NCBI GenBank assembly: GCA_043228905.1 | Contig: JBHGNT010000021.1 | Span: forward strand, 7,750,001 to 7,814,000 | Length of the DNA stretch: 64,000 bases | Origin: Azolla caroliniana | Taxonomy: Eukaryota > Plantae > Polypodiophyta | Direction of reading: 5' to 3' | Shown here: one piece after another, positions 22,904 through 35,519 of the stretch | How positions within the stretch are numbered: the stretch's first letter is position 1 | Layout of the letters: each line of letters begins with the position of its first letter | Made by a program: the position numbers and the translations under genes | Notes under the pieces: model-generated | What the model saw: only the letters and a program-made list of their open reading frames with translations | The model's database searches: none | What the model was told of the DNA's origin: nothing

Positions 22904-25900
22904 GTCCAGCCAAAATAGGAGCCGTTTGGTTGGACAGCCCTAGATCTGTGCAGCCCATTAGTGGTTCCATTCCCTCTAAGCAAGTTAGTGATGTGTTCGT
23001 AGCCCAAGTAGCAGTTAGTACTAAAAGTACCCCTCCAGTACATACCTTAGCCCTTCTAGATTCCGGAGCTAATTCTTGCTTCATGGATAGGAATTTTGCC
23101 CGAGCTCATCAGATATCTCTCAGAAAGCTCCCATGTCCAGCCTCAGTAGTAGTCATTGATGGTCGTCCCATTGCTTCTGGTAATATCATAGAAGAGTCGG
23201 AACCCGTTAATATTGTCCTAGATAACTTAACATGTGTAGTATCATTTAATATTATTAGTATTCCAGAACATCCCATAGTTTTAGGATTACCATGGTTCGA
23301 GTTACATGACCCAGACATAGATTGGAGGACAAGGGAAATCCGGTTGCGACAAACCCAAGGATCTACCCAGAAGGTTGCAACCATTTCGCTACGTCAGTTG
23401 CGTGAGGAAGGGCGCAAGGAGGAAATGTTTCTCTTTGCAATATCAGTACAACCCTCCAGCACCACCAAAGAGGAGTCCACCGTTCAACTTCCCGAGAAGT
23501 ATCGTCAGTATGCTGATGTGTTCGATAAAGTACAAGCAAACACACTTCCTCATCATCGGCCGTACGACTGCGCCATCGACTTACAACCGGGAAAAGAGCC
23601 GCCATGGGGGCCGATCTACAATTTGTCACCAACCGAGCTAGAAGTCCTTCGAGCCTATATAGAGGAGAATTTGGAGAACGGTTTCATTCGGCATTCGAAA
23701 TCTCCAGCCGGCGCACCCATTTTCTTCGTCAAGAAAAAAGATGGCTCGCTTCGACTCGTTGTAGATTACCGTGGCTTGAATAAGGTCACAGTAAGAAATA
23801 GGTATGCTCTTCCCCTTATCTCAAGTCTTTTAGAACGGATCAACGGTGCCAGGTTCTTCACGAAGATCGACTTACGAGGAGCCTATAACCTCGTACGGAT
23901 CCGACCAGGAGATGAATGGAAGACCGCGTTTCGCACCAGATATGGGCACTTCGAGTATACGGTCATGCCGTTCGGACTCACTAATGCGCCGGCAGTCTTC
24001 CAGCACATGGCGAATGATATATTTCGAGATCTCTTGGATGATTTTTTGATCATCTATTTGGATGATCTACTGGTTTATTCAAAGACCCAAGAAGAACATG
24101 ATTCTCATGTACTATTAGTACTAAAACGACTTCGAGAACATGGTCTGTATGCAAAGTTAGAGAAATGTAGTTTCGGGTGCGCAACCAAGTGGAGTTTCTC
24201 GGCTATGTCATCTCCTCAGAAGGAATATCTATGGACCCAGCCAAGGTCAAAACGGTGATAGAATGGCACACTCCGCGTTCGGTGCGGGATGTGCAATGCT
24301 TCCTAGGCTTTGCAAATTTCTACCGGAAGTTCATACAAAATTACTCAAAAATTGTGCTGCCTCTCACACAGCTCACCAGGAAGGGACAATCATTCATTTG
24401 GTCTAAAGAGACGGACATGGCTTTCGAGAGTCTTAAGAAGGCGTTTACATCAGCTCCAATTTTAGGTCATGTGGATCCGGAAAAACCATTCATTATCGAA
24501 GCTGACGCATCGGATTTCGCATTGGGGAGCATTCTGTCACAACAGGGTAATGACGAGAAGCTACATCCTGTGGCTTTCCACTCCCGTAAGTTTGACGCCG
24601 CCGAAATCAACTACGAAATTCATGATAAAGAGCTATTAGCAATAGTTGATTCTTTTATGCAATGGAGGCATTTCCTGGAGGGATCTCCTCATCAGGTCAC
24701 TGTATTCAGTGACCACAAGAACCTTGCCTACTTTCAAGATGCTCGTGTACTGAATCGACGTCAAGCTCGGTGGGCCCACTTCCTCACACGCTTCGACTTC
24801 AAAATTACATATCGTCCGGGGAAGCACCAAGGGAAGGCGGATGCATTATCACGGCGTTCGTATCTAACACCACGTCCCGGTGAGCCAGCTTTCGATAACC
24901 AGAAGCAAGTAATCTTGGGACCAGCACGACTGCAAGCAGCACAGGTCTTTGACATGCCCGTGGATTCCGACATTACCAATACTATACGTGAGGACTTGAA
25001 GACTGACGCTTTCGCCCAAGCTATACTAGCACAAATTGACCCCTCTCGAGCGTCATGTTCACAATCACAATCACCAGGTACGGATTATCGGCAATTCAAA
25101 TACTGTGATGGATTACTCTTCTTTAAAGAACTTTTGTATGTTCCTAATGGTTCTTGCCGCCTTCGAGTAGTACAAAACTGCCATGACACATATACAGCAG
25201 GACATTTTGGTAGTACTAAAACATTAGATTTAGTACAACGATCATTCTGGTGGCCCCGTATGCGACAATTTGTCGAAGATTTTGTTCGGACTTGCGATAC
25301 ATGCTGCAGAGCGAAAATGCCAAGACATCATCCATATGGTTTATTAGAACCATTACCAATTCCAAGCAAGCCATGGCAATCCATTGCTCTTGACTTCATT
25401 ACAGATCTTCCAGTCTCTAAGGGATTCAGTGCGATTCTCACAGTGGTGGATCGATATACGAAGATGGCTCATTTCTTACCATGTACTAAAGAAATATCTA
25501 GTGAAGACACCGCCGAAATTGTCATGCGGGAAGTATGTCGGCATCATGGACTCCCTGATAATATCATCAGCGATCGTGGACCCCAGTTTGTGTCAAAATT
25601 CTGGAAGCACCTTTTTAAAATGCTGAAGGTCACTTGTAACCTCTCCTCCGGCTACCACCCACAAACCGACGGTCAAGCCGAACGAACAAATCAAACACTG
25701 GAGCAGTATCTGCGGTGCTTTCTCAACTATCATCAGAATGACTGGGCAGATATTCTTCAGTTCGCCGAATTTGCCTATAATAACGCTATCCACGCATCGA
25801 CTAAAGTCACGCCATTCTACGCTTATACGGGATATCATCCCCGGTGGTGTGTCCTTGAAACCCCAGAAGTGTCCACAAATCCTTGCGCGGAGGATCGTTT

Positions 25901-26489
25901 GGAGCGGTTACGCAAGATACAAGGGGATTTATCTACTCAACTCCAGCAAGCTCAACAATCACACAAGGACTACGCAGATCGTCATCGACTTCCATCCAGT
26001 TTTAACATTGGAGATCGGGTGTGGCTGCTACGACGACACATCAAGACTACTCGCCCATGTGAGAAGTTGGATTATCGGCGATTAGGTCCTTTCCGTATTA
26101 TCGGGAAGATTAATGATGTCGCTTTTCGTCTCGAGCTACCTCCGCAACTTCGGATACACCCGGTGTTTCATAGTTCTCTCCTCGAACCCTATCACGAGAG
26201 CACTATCCCAGGACGTACTATACAACCTCCACCTCCTATCGAGCTCGAAGATGGACCTGAGTATGAGGTCGCTGCCATCCTCGATTCCAAGATTGTTCGC
26301 AACAAGCTCTACTATCTAGTCGATTGGCTAGGATATAGTCCCAGCGAGCGTACTTGGGAACCGATCGAGAATGTGACCAATGCTCGTGCTCTTCTAGAAG
26401 ACTTCCATCGACGATATCCCGAGAAACCGGGTCCTCAATCCAAAACGACTCGTGAAACTCGTCGTTTTAAAGGGGGGATAGTGTCATAA
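22891..26489 (+). pseudogene. pol: T3 Pol (PR-RT-RH-IN-chromodomain), -1 frame; a single 2-bp insertion frameshift near 24180
   Basis: ORFs 22930-24258 and 24177-26489; LLDSGA, YLDD, EADASD, DDE integrase, chromodomain. T3 has GGGTGCGCAACC where T5 has GGGTGCAACC. Confidence 0.92.
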
Positions 26490-26940
26490 CTAGACTCGAA
26501 CCCATAACCTTTTGTTACACGGGTCGAGACTTTACCATTAGGTTATGAATTGTAATTTGAAGGATATTATTTTCATTTAGGTTTTATTGGGAAATTGATG
26601 TATATTCCAGATTTCTCTAGAACATTCTAGAAACTTCAGGAGTATTCCTGAAGACACTATAAAAGGAGGCGCAAGGCATTAGTTCGAACCAAATCGGTTC
26701 AACGCCAGTCTTAAGCCTTCTAACTACTGTTGTATATCTTCCTTCATATAATACATATATCTTTCGCATCATCATTCTCTCTCTCTCTCTCTCTCTCTCA
26801 CCCACTCACTCATTCCTTCTCTCAAAGTTCGACACCTCTCATAGTACTAATCCTTCTCTGTCTTAGTACTATTCCCCAACAATAGTACTAATCCTTCTTT
26901 TAGTACTAATTCCTTCTCTGCCTTAATAGAGTTCCTGACA
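26482..26940 (+). repeat. T3 3' LTR
   Basis: Direct repeat of 21187-21645. Confidence 0.95.
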
Positions 26941-27215
26941 ACGGCGACGACACTAGCCGGCGACAGAGAGAGACGAGGAAGCGAGCGAGAGAGAGAGAGA
27001 GCAGACGGCGACGGTTGCAGCGGCTGCAGATGACGGCGACGGCGACGGCGACGACGACGACAGCGACAGAGAGAGCCGTTAGAGCAAGATAGAGAGAGAG
27101 CGAGAGAGAGAGCCAGACGGAGATGGTTGCAGCGGCTGCAGACAACGGCTGCAGACGACGACGACGGCGACAACAGCGACAGAGAGAGCCGTTGAGAGAG
27201 AGAGAGAGAGAGAGA
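26941..27215. repeat. (GAC/GGC)n and (AG)n low-complexity tract, continuous with 21055-21186; probably the LINE 5' region
   Basis: Same motif composition on both sides of T3; lies upstream of LINE ORF1 on the minus strand. Confidence 0.65.
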
Positions 27216-27455
27216 TTCTATTATCGTCTTTGCAGGTCAAATATGACCTTTGAAACAAAAAATATTACATTTCACCCGATACGTGTGAAAGTGAGTAGCG
27301 ACCCTCGACGTTTAAGAACTTTACCAATGAATGTGGCAATCGAGAGTGCACATTGTGGTTATGAGAGAAATTCATGCAAGGATTGGGCTTGGTCGAAGAT
27401 ATATGTGGAAAGCATGGTCGAATATGATCAAAGGCAGAGCATTGTATCAAAGTGT
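27216..27455 (-). mobile_element. RTEX-like LINE 3' end fragment
   Basis: Reverse-complement homology to about 7225-7465 (IQCSAFDHIRPCFPHI); ends in (TC)n. Confidence 0.8.
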
Positions 27456-29336
27456 GGAATCGACAAGCTTAAAAGCGCTACAAAGACACGATTGACAAGC
27501 TAAAGGCAAGTATCATTAACTGGTGTTGTTCACCTTGAATTCATTCAAGGCGTACTCAAATATTTATACTAAGCGGCATGCATGCCTGTTGCATGCATGT
27601 GATACACTAGAGCATGTATGTAAGCATGCATGTGCCACGTGTGAATAATACAATGGAATAATTATGTTCATGTATGCATATGATTGTATATTGGACATGT
27701 TGGTTAACCCATAACACTCGATCACCAGAGGTCACAAGTTCGAATCTTGACATGACCGTTGTCATGGCCGTGACATTATCCCCCTTGTTTAGCGAAGATG
27801 GAAATAACGAACTGCCTCGACGGCATTCATCAAATGGTGGTGAACGTTTCCAAGTAGCTTCAGATATCAGGTATCCTTTCCAATGTACTAAATAATAGAG
27901 TTTTCGACGTAGAAGCTTGGAGTTGAGGATTTGTTCAACTTCATACTCATTTTCAGACTCCAACTGGATGGGCGGTGGTCGAGCAGGTTGCCGCTTGAGA
28001 AGTACAAAGGGATGGTAAACCTCCTAGAGAGATACATGAAAAATTTCATGGATGCGATAGTGAGGAGGAAGGCCGAGCCGATAGGCTATAGGATTGATAT
28101 ACTCAGAGATGTGGAAGGGGCCTAATTTTGTGTAATCTAGCTTGGCACATGGACGAGTGGTCGTAATATTGCGCCGTAGTAGCCAAACCATGTCACCTAC
28201 TTGAAAGTTGGGCGTCAGAGCCTGTAGATGAGTTGGGTCCTCAAAACATGCTTTGATTTCCTGAGCAAAGCGATCAATTGTAGTGGCCATTGTGATGTCA
28301 ACAATGAGGGTCTCGTCTTGGTGGACATAGGTTGCGAACATTTGAACTTGATCCGGTGTCAACAGACATTGGGATTGTTGATTGTATGCCTTATTCTCGG
28401 GGCCGGGTGCTAGCGCCGACCGCCTAGAAAAAGCATCGTCTTTGCTATGCTGGTGGCTTGGACGAAACGCAATTTCGAAGTCATAGTCAGCAAGGAAAAT
28501 TGACCATCGAGCTTGTCGACTATTCAAGGTGTGGGTAGAAGAAAAATAGAGAAGGTTTTGTGGTCGGTTACGACCTGAACACAATGTTGGGGCCCAACTA
28601 GGTAAGGCCTCCATTCTTCGAATGCAGAGATAATGGCTGCAAGTTCCTTATCATAGATCTGGTAGTTGATCTCTGGAGTTGTGAATTTACGCGAGTAGTT
28701 AGCTACTGGATGGTGTACCCCATCGTTGTGTGAAAGGATAACGTTGATAGCAAAGTCTGACGCATTTGTTTCCATTCTAAATGACTTTGTTGGGTCGCGG
28801 TGAAGGAGTCTTAGGACGATCATAAAGGTAGATTTAAGTGCCATGAATGCAAATTGTTCTACCAATGTCCAACAGAAGGGTCGGTCCTTACGGGTGAGTG
28901 CAACCAATGGTTACACAATTTTGGAGAACCCTTTAATAAAACGACAATAGAAATTTGAAAAGCCAAGGAAGGATTGAATGTCTCTTACCTGGGTGGGAGG
29001 TTGCCATTCTTGAATTGGGGCCAGTTTCTATTGATCCATGGAAATACCATCGGGAGAGATGATGCAACCCAGAAATTCTACATAAGACTGCTCGAATGTG
29101 CATTTCTCATATTAGGTGTAAAGACCATGTTCCCGAAGTCATGACAGCACCAGACGGACATGTCGCTCATGGGTATGAAGATACGGGGAGTAGATGAGGA
29201 TGTCATCTAGATAAACCACCATGAATTGGTCGAGATACTCATGGAAGATATCATTCATCATGTGTTGGAATACGGCAAGGGCGTTGGTTGGCCCAAATGG
29301 CATGACACGATACTTGAACAACCCATATCAAGTTCG
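27456..29336 (-). mobile_element. Old, internally deleted chromovirus T4 (RT, RH, chromodomain remnants; 3' LTR begins at 27775)
   Basis: VMPFGPTNA..YLDDIL; ETNASD..DKEL; EYEVEQILN..YLVHWKGY; PPT AAGGGGGATAA followed by TGTCACGG. Confidence 0.8.
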
Positions 29337-30167
29337 TGTGAAAGTTAGCATGCGGAAGAATATGCCAAACCAGCTCTACCGGATAGTAACATTAAAGAGA
29401 AGAAGGTTTAATGGAAGCTTAACACAGAGAATAAGCATACACAGGAGAGAGAGAGAGAGAGTAGAACATAAAACTCTACCGGTCACTCGAGTGACTGTCA
29501 CTAACTCCCAAAAATATGCCTACGTACTAGGCTGGGTCCGTAGGCATCTAACGGCCTACTGGTTTCAATCCGATCCGGTTCTCCGTTCTAGATACCGATT
29601 CGGCTCTGGCTTATTCAGCTGATGTGGATCCGGTTGAGCTTTCTTGCTCAACAGTCCCCCTCAAGCTCAACTTGAGGTCGGATCGTGATGTCAGTGTCTG
29701 CAGTAGCCGGTCCTTTTCTCCGGCTCCTTCTGATGTCCTCCCGCCTTGCTTGCGCTCCTCGTCCGGTTCGGTTCTACTTCCCACAACCCGTCCGGTTCTA
29801 CGCACCTCGTCCTCCTTAGTCAGCTTGTCTGCTCAACAGGCCAATCTCAGCTCCTTTGTTGCTACGAGTTTGGCGCTTGTCAACCCATCGGTTCCTCCGT
29901 GTCGGTGTCGACTTCCGCTGCCTTCTCGTTTGCTTGGTCTTTAGTTGATCCGGCTCTTCCGAATCCAAGTGTTGAACTGAATCGGCTTCCTCCGATTCAT
30001 TCCAGCTCTTGTCCGAGTTGGTAGTCTCCAACTCGTTTTCCATTTTTAGGCCCTTCACCACATCGGACCATGTCCGGGTCTTGGCCTTCTTCCGGTCGGC
30101 TTTGTCCTTTTTGACTCTGCTGTCACTGCCATTTGCTCCGACTTGTTTGGATGTGCCAACTCCTTCG

Positions 30168-32845
30168 TGTTACGAAGGCACTACGACTCTTCTATGTGCA
30201 CAACAGATCGTGATGTGCTGGATCATTTAGTGCTAAAGACAGAAAGGGAGGGGGAAAGAGACTTACCTCTGCATAGTCCAAAAGCTTCTACTTCATTACA
30301 CGCAGAGCTCAACTCGCTCTCGTTAGTTTTTTTGTTCTCTAACTACATATGCACTACTCTCACTCTTCTACACTTCTACTTTTCTACTTACTTTTTACCT
30401 AAGTTATAAGTGACTTATACATGCAGCTAATTAGCTGTCTGTAGCTAAATAGTTGTTTCACCTTTATGTCCACTAGTAGCTAATTAGCTAATAGCAACTA
30501 TAGCTTATTTCTCAATAAGCATCACATACCTTTGTTGAGCTTGCTTCTCGACACTCCCCCTCAAGCTCAACTTATCCTTTCTTTGGATCATGTTCAATCT
30601 TCTTTTCTTCATGCTTTTCAACTACCATGCCGATGGTTATAACTCCCATCATGTGTCTAAACTATGTATGTTTTTCCATGGTCAATCCCTTTGTAAGAAT
30701 ATCAACCACTTGCTGATTTGTACTTACAGTAGATCCACTTCTCCATCAAACACTTTTTCTCTAACAAAGTGATAATGCACTTCAATGTGCTTTGTTCTTG
30801 CATGGAACACTAGGTTTTTTGCCAGCTGAATGTTGCTCATATTGTCACACCAAATTGTGACAACACCATCTATATATTCTCCCAAATCAGAAAGCAACCT
30901 TCTGATCCATACCTCTTCACAGGTAGCTATTGCAACCCCTCTATACTCAGCTTCAGTACTTGACAATGCAACAATAGCTTGTTTCTTGCTACTCCATGAA
31001 ATAGTTGCACTTCCCAATGTAAACATATATCCACTTGTGGATCTTCTGTCAATTTGGCTTCCAGCCCAATCAACATATGTATATCCTTCCAGCTTTATGT
31101 CCAGATCAACCCTATAAAACAATCCATAATTTTGAGTAGCTTTTACATACCTCAAAATTCTTCTTATGTAGTCCAAATGTGGCTTTGTTGGCTGTTGCAT
31201 AAACTGGCTGACTAATCCAACAACATAACTCAAATAAGGTCTTGTTATGGTCAAATATGTGAGGCTGCCCACCATAGACCTGTACATGTTTACATCTTGT
31301 ATTTTGGATCCCAAATTAGCCCTCAATTTGCAGTTCTTATCTAGTGGTATACCAATAGGTTTGCATCCAAGCATACCATACTTCTTCAACGTAGTTGTTG
31401 CATACGATTTTTGCAACATATATATACCACTTTCAGATCTGATCATCTCCATGCCAAGAAAGTATCTCAAATCTCCCAAATCCTTCATCTGAAATTGCAT
31501 TTCCAGATTTTTCTTCAACTTACTTATCTCTTCCATAGAATCACCTCGAATGATTAGATAATCAACATATATCAAGATCACAACAATGGAATCATTTATC
31601 TTCTTTACATATAATGATGGAGCAATCCTTGACATTTTGAAAGCAATTTTTTTCAGAGATTCTGAAAGTTCCTTGTGCCATGCTCTTGATGCTTGTTTCA
31701 GTCCATAGAGAGCCTTTTTCAGCCTACAAGCATCATCCATTTGATTTCTTTCTTCTACTACAAGCATTGAAACTAGATCTGGAAAACCTGGGATGCTATC
31801 CCTTGTGAGAATAGATGTTTTGAAGCTTTTATATTTAGGTCCTAAACCTCTTAAGCATATTTCCACCTTATCATCATCATCTACCTTCACATTGATAGAA
31901 GCAAGTGATTCACATATGCTCTTTATTTTCAGAGCATATTCATTTACTCACATCTTACCTTTTTCCAAGGTATTTAGCTCAATCTTCAACTGAAGCTTTC
32001 TTGCCTTTGTATTCACTGCAAACAGTTTTACTAAACTGTCCCAAGCTTCTTTTGGAAGCATAACATCATGTATGTGTCCAAGCATCGAATATGAGATGCT
32101 AAGTGACAACCAATGCAATACCTTTCTTGCCCCTTGCTTCCATTCCTTAAATGCTTTAATCTATGCAACAGATGCATTTTCTTCAGGGATCTTTGGAGCC
32201 TCTTGTAGGTCTCCTTCAATATAATCCCAGTATCCTTTCCCCATAAGGAAGTTTGTCATTTTGAATTTCCACGTCGGGAATTGTTTTTATCCAGTTTTTC
32301 TGTAACTATTTGGCTTGCATTCTCTGCAACCATTTTCTCTTTCAATTAGGGTTAACTTCACATACAACTCTCTCTGGTTCAGATCAACAACCAGAAACAA
32401 ACTTCTCAGATCTCTATACTGCTCTAATCTTCTTTACGAGCAACTCGGCTTTGATACCATGTTACGAAGGCACTACGGCTCTTCTGTGTGCACAATGGAT
32501 CGTGATGTGTTGGATCGTTTAGTGCTCAAGACAGAAAGGGAGGGGGAAAGAGACTTACCTCTGCATAGTCCAAAAGCTTCTAATTCATTACACGTAGAGC
32601 TCAACTTGCCCTCGTTAGTTTTTCTGTTCTCTAACTACATCTACACTACTCTCACTCTTCTACACTTCTACTTTTCTACTTACTTTTTACCTAAGTTATA
32701 AGTGACTTATATATACAGCTAATTAGCTGTCTGTAGCTAAATAGTTGTTTCACCTTTATGCCCACTAGTAGCTAATTAGCTAATAGCTACTATGGCTTAT
32801 TTCTCAATAAGCATCACATACCTTTGTTGAGCTTGCTTCCCAACA
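30168..32845 (-). mobile_element. Internally deleted Copia (2.7 kb), 386-bp LTRs, TSD CTTCG
   Basis: LTRs 30168-30553 and 32460-32845; PBS TGGTATCAAAGCC ending at 32459; PPT 30554-30564; CTTCG at 30163-30167 and 32846-32850. Confidence 0.92.
30724..31890 (-). pseudogene. In-frame fusion of Copia gag to the RT C-half and RNase H
   Basis: Gag-like LRGLGPKYKSF..MLVVEE joins CRLKKALYGLKQA near 31735; PR, IN and the RT N-half are missing. Confidence 0.8.
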
Positions 32846-33989
32846 CTTCGGTCAGCTTGGCTTCCTTTATTTTCTCATCTCCCCCCTTGGTTCTTTCTTC
32901 CTCTCTGGCTCCTTGTTCGGTGCCATCCGTTCCCGTTCTTGTTCTCCCCCTTGACTGCGGCACATCGAGATGTTGAATGCCGAACATCTCCGAAAAATGC
33001 TACAACTTGTTCGATCCGAGCGGCTTGGTGAAGATGTCGGCAACCTGCCAATCTGTGTGAACATACCGAAGTTCAACTTCACCGCGCAGGACCTTCTCAC
33101 GAACAAAGTGATAATGCACTTCTATGTGCTTTGTCCGAGCATGGAATACAGGGTTCTTGGCGAGCTGTATGCTGCTTATGTTGTCACAATAAATTAGGAT
33201 CGGGGTTGGCACCTCGATTCGGAGGTCTCGCAGTAGTCGCCGAAGCCAGATGGCTTCACAGGTGGCAATGGTAGCGCCCTGGTATTCAGCCTCAGTGCTC
33301 AACAGAGCCATTGTTGGCAATTTTTTGCTGCTCCACACAACAGCCGCGCTACCAAGAGAAAACATGTAACCGGAGGTGGATCGCCGATCCGATGCATCAC
33401 CAACCCAGTTGACATCGGTATACCCGACTAGCTTCCCAGCTATACCGTGTCGGTATAACAGTCCCCGGTCCTTTGTGCCGCTAACATACCGGAGTATCTA
33501 GTGTGCGCACTGAAGGTGCTCGACGGTCGGCTTTTGCATGAACTAGCTGATCACTCCGACTGGGTAATTGATGTTGGGTCGAGTGATTGTCAAGTATATG
33601 AGGCTTCCCACAAGTATATGGGGTCTAGATCACCTCGATCCCAAGAAAATAATGAAAGTCCCCTAGGTCCTTCATTTCAAATGCGTCTGACAACTAGGAC
33701 TTCACTCTGCCGATTTCATCTAGTCCGGGTCTAGTGATGACTAAATCATCAACATATAGAAAGATACAGACTGAACCATCCGAACCTTTCCGGATGAACA
33801 ATGACGAGTTAGACTTTGAGGCCACAAACCCTATCTTACGCAACCGGTGCATGATCTTCGCATTCCAAGCTCGGGGGTCTTGCTTCAGACAGTAAAGCGA
33901 CTTCTTGAGTCGGCATAGTGCTAACTTGTTCATCTCCGATTGGAAACCAGGGGGTTGGATCATGTAGATCCGTTCTTCAAGGTCACCTT

Positions 33990-34343
33990 CATTGTTGTAA
34001 AATACTTAGCATAAAATACACGTACAATACGTATTCTAAGTATTCTATATGTATTCTAACTTTTTTTTTTAATACTTAGAATACGTATTTAATACGTTAA
34101 ATACTTAGAATACGTGTAGAATACTTGTAAAATACATTAAATACTTCTTAAAATTTAATGTTTTTTATTTCAAAATAAAGAAAATATTTTTTGAAATGAT
34201 AAATACTTGTTAAATATGTTGAATACGTAGAATACGTCAAATTTTAAAAAACGGCAATTCTAAAACATAGAATACGTGTAGAATACTTCAGAGTATTCTA
34301 AAACGTACTCTAAACGTAGAATACACGTTTTTTAACAACTGTG
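33990..34343. mobile_element. hAT-type MITE (354 bp), 8-bp TSD GTCACCTT
   Basis: Imperfect TIRs CATTGTTGTAAAA / CACAGTTGTTAAA; TSD at 33982-33989 and 34344-34351; many AATAC(GT) motifs. Removing it restores the RT motif FLQGDLEE. Confidence 0.8.
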
Positions 34344-34669
34344 GTCACCTTGAAGAAACACATTCTTCATGTCCATTTGGTGAAGATGCCATCCCCTTGC
34401 AGCAACAACAGCCAGTACCACATGAACCGTCGTCATCTTCGCTACTGGAGCGAAGGTCTCGTCGTACTTGCTTTCGTGGGTCTGTGCGTATCCCTTTACC
34501 ACTAATCGGCCCTTGTACCGGTTGACCGAACCGTCGGCATTGTACTTCACCTTATATACCCATTTGCAACCGATCAATTGACACTATTGAGGAGGGTCAA
34601 CCAGGTCCCATGTGTCGTTGGCATCAAGTGCCCGCATTTCTTCCTCCATAGTAGCATGCCAATTTGCGT

Positions 34670-35363
34670 TGTCGTGCCTTTCGGCTCCGGATCGTTTGCG
34701 TGAGTCGGGTGGGAACCGCCGAGGTTTTGGACTAGGAGGAGGAAGAATTTGAGACTATTATAATTATGAGTAGATTATTAGAAACTTGTGAATCCCACAA
34801 GTATAATGTATTTTATTGATTAATATTTATGTAAGAATATGTATTTAGATTGATAGAGATAGATTATCTTAAACTTCGTGAATCCCACGAGTATATTTTA
34901 TTGATTGTTGGTGTTTTAGGAAAGATATCCAATTTCCCAAATATTTTTCACACACCTATTACATTGTGCTCCCCATCCTTATGTAGTGATGGGAGAGACT
35001 AAGCATAGCTACATGCTTTTTTTCTAATATGTTCATGCACACTAAATATGCATGTGATGCTTTTCTAATCCTTGCTTTTATTTGCTAAATATAGTGCTCA
35101 TGCACGCTAGATGTGCACGAGTCACTTTTTAGTTGCTTGCGTTTTTCTATAAAATATTCACGCACTCTAAAAATACATGATTTACCTTTTAATAAAGGTA
35201 GGCGCAAATAAAGCACTTATAGTTATTAAATCTATTTATAGAACACTAAAGATAAGGTAGCATAATGGTAAAGTTGAGGTTTGGCTACGTGGAGGTACAA
35301 GGTTCAAATCTTGCCCTATGCACGTGATAAATATCTTGATATATTACGAAATACACTACGACA
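34670..35363 (-). mobile_element. Solo LTR of family W, 4-bp TSD GCGT
   Basis: GCGT at 34666-34669 and 35364-35367; homologous to 41380-42047. Confidence 0.92.
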
Positions 35364-35519
35364 GCGTCTTTTGTTGTTGCTGCGTAGCTCTTTGGCTCAC
35401 GCACTTCCACCACCTTAGTCATGTACGCGTAGTGATGCACCATGTACTCATTGTCGATTTACGTACCTCATGACGGTTTTCTTTTGACGGGTTGACCGAC
35501 GTAACTTTTTGTTACCCGG

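Larger units (their letters stand above)
21187..26940 (+). mobile_element. Full-length Tcn1-like chromovirus T3, 5-bp TSD ACGGC
   Basis: 459-bp LTRs with no difference seen by eye; ACGGC at 21182-21186 and 26941-26945; PPT AAAGGGGGGATAG; gag, PR, RT, RH, IN and chromodomain. Confidence 0.95.
29337..35519 (-). mobile_element. Degenerate Ty1/Copia (3' LTR 29337-29653; RT and RH about 32960-34660), host to several later insertions
   Basis: PPT TTGAGGGGGAC at 29654; ORFs 33000-33365, 33694-33963 and 34332-34577 carry Copia RT/RH motifs. Confidence 0.85.

Noticed and set aside
29654-30167. Possible extra ORF (env-like) in the long Copia 3' region
   Set aside because: Only short low-complexity ORFs are present, with no transmembrane or conserved signature.
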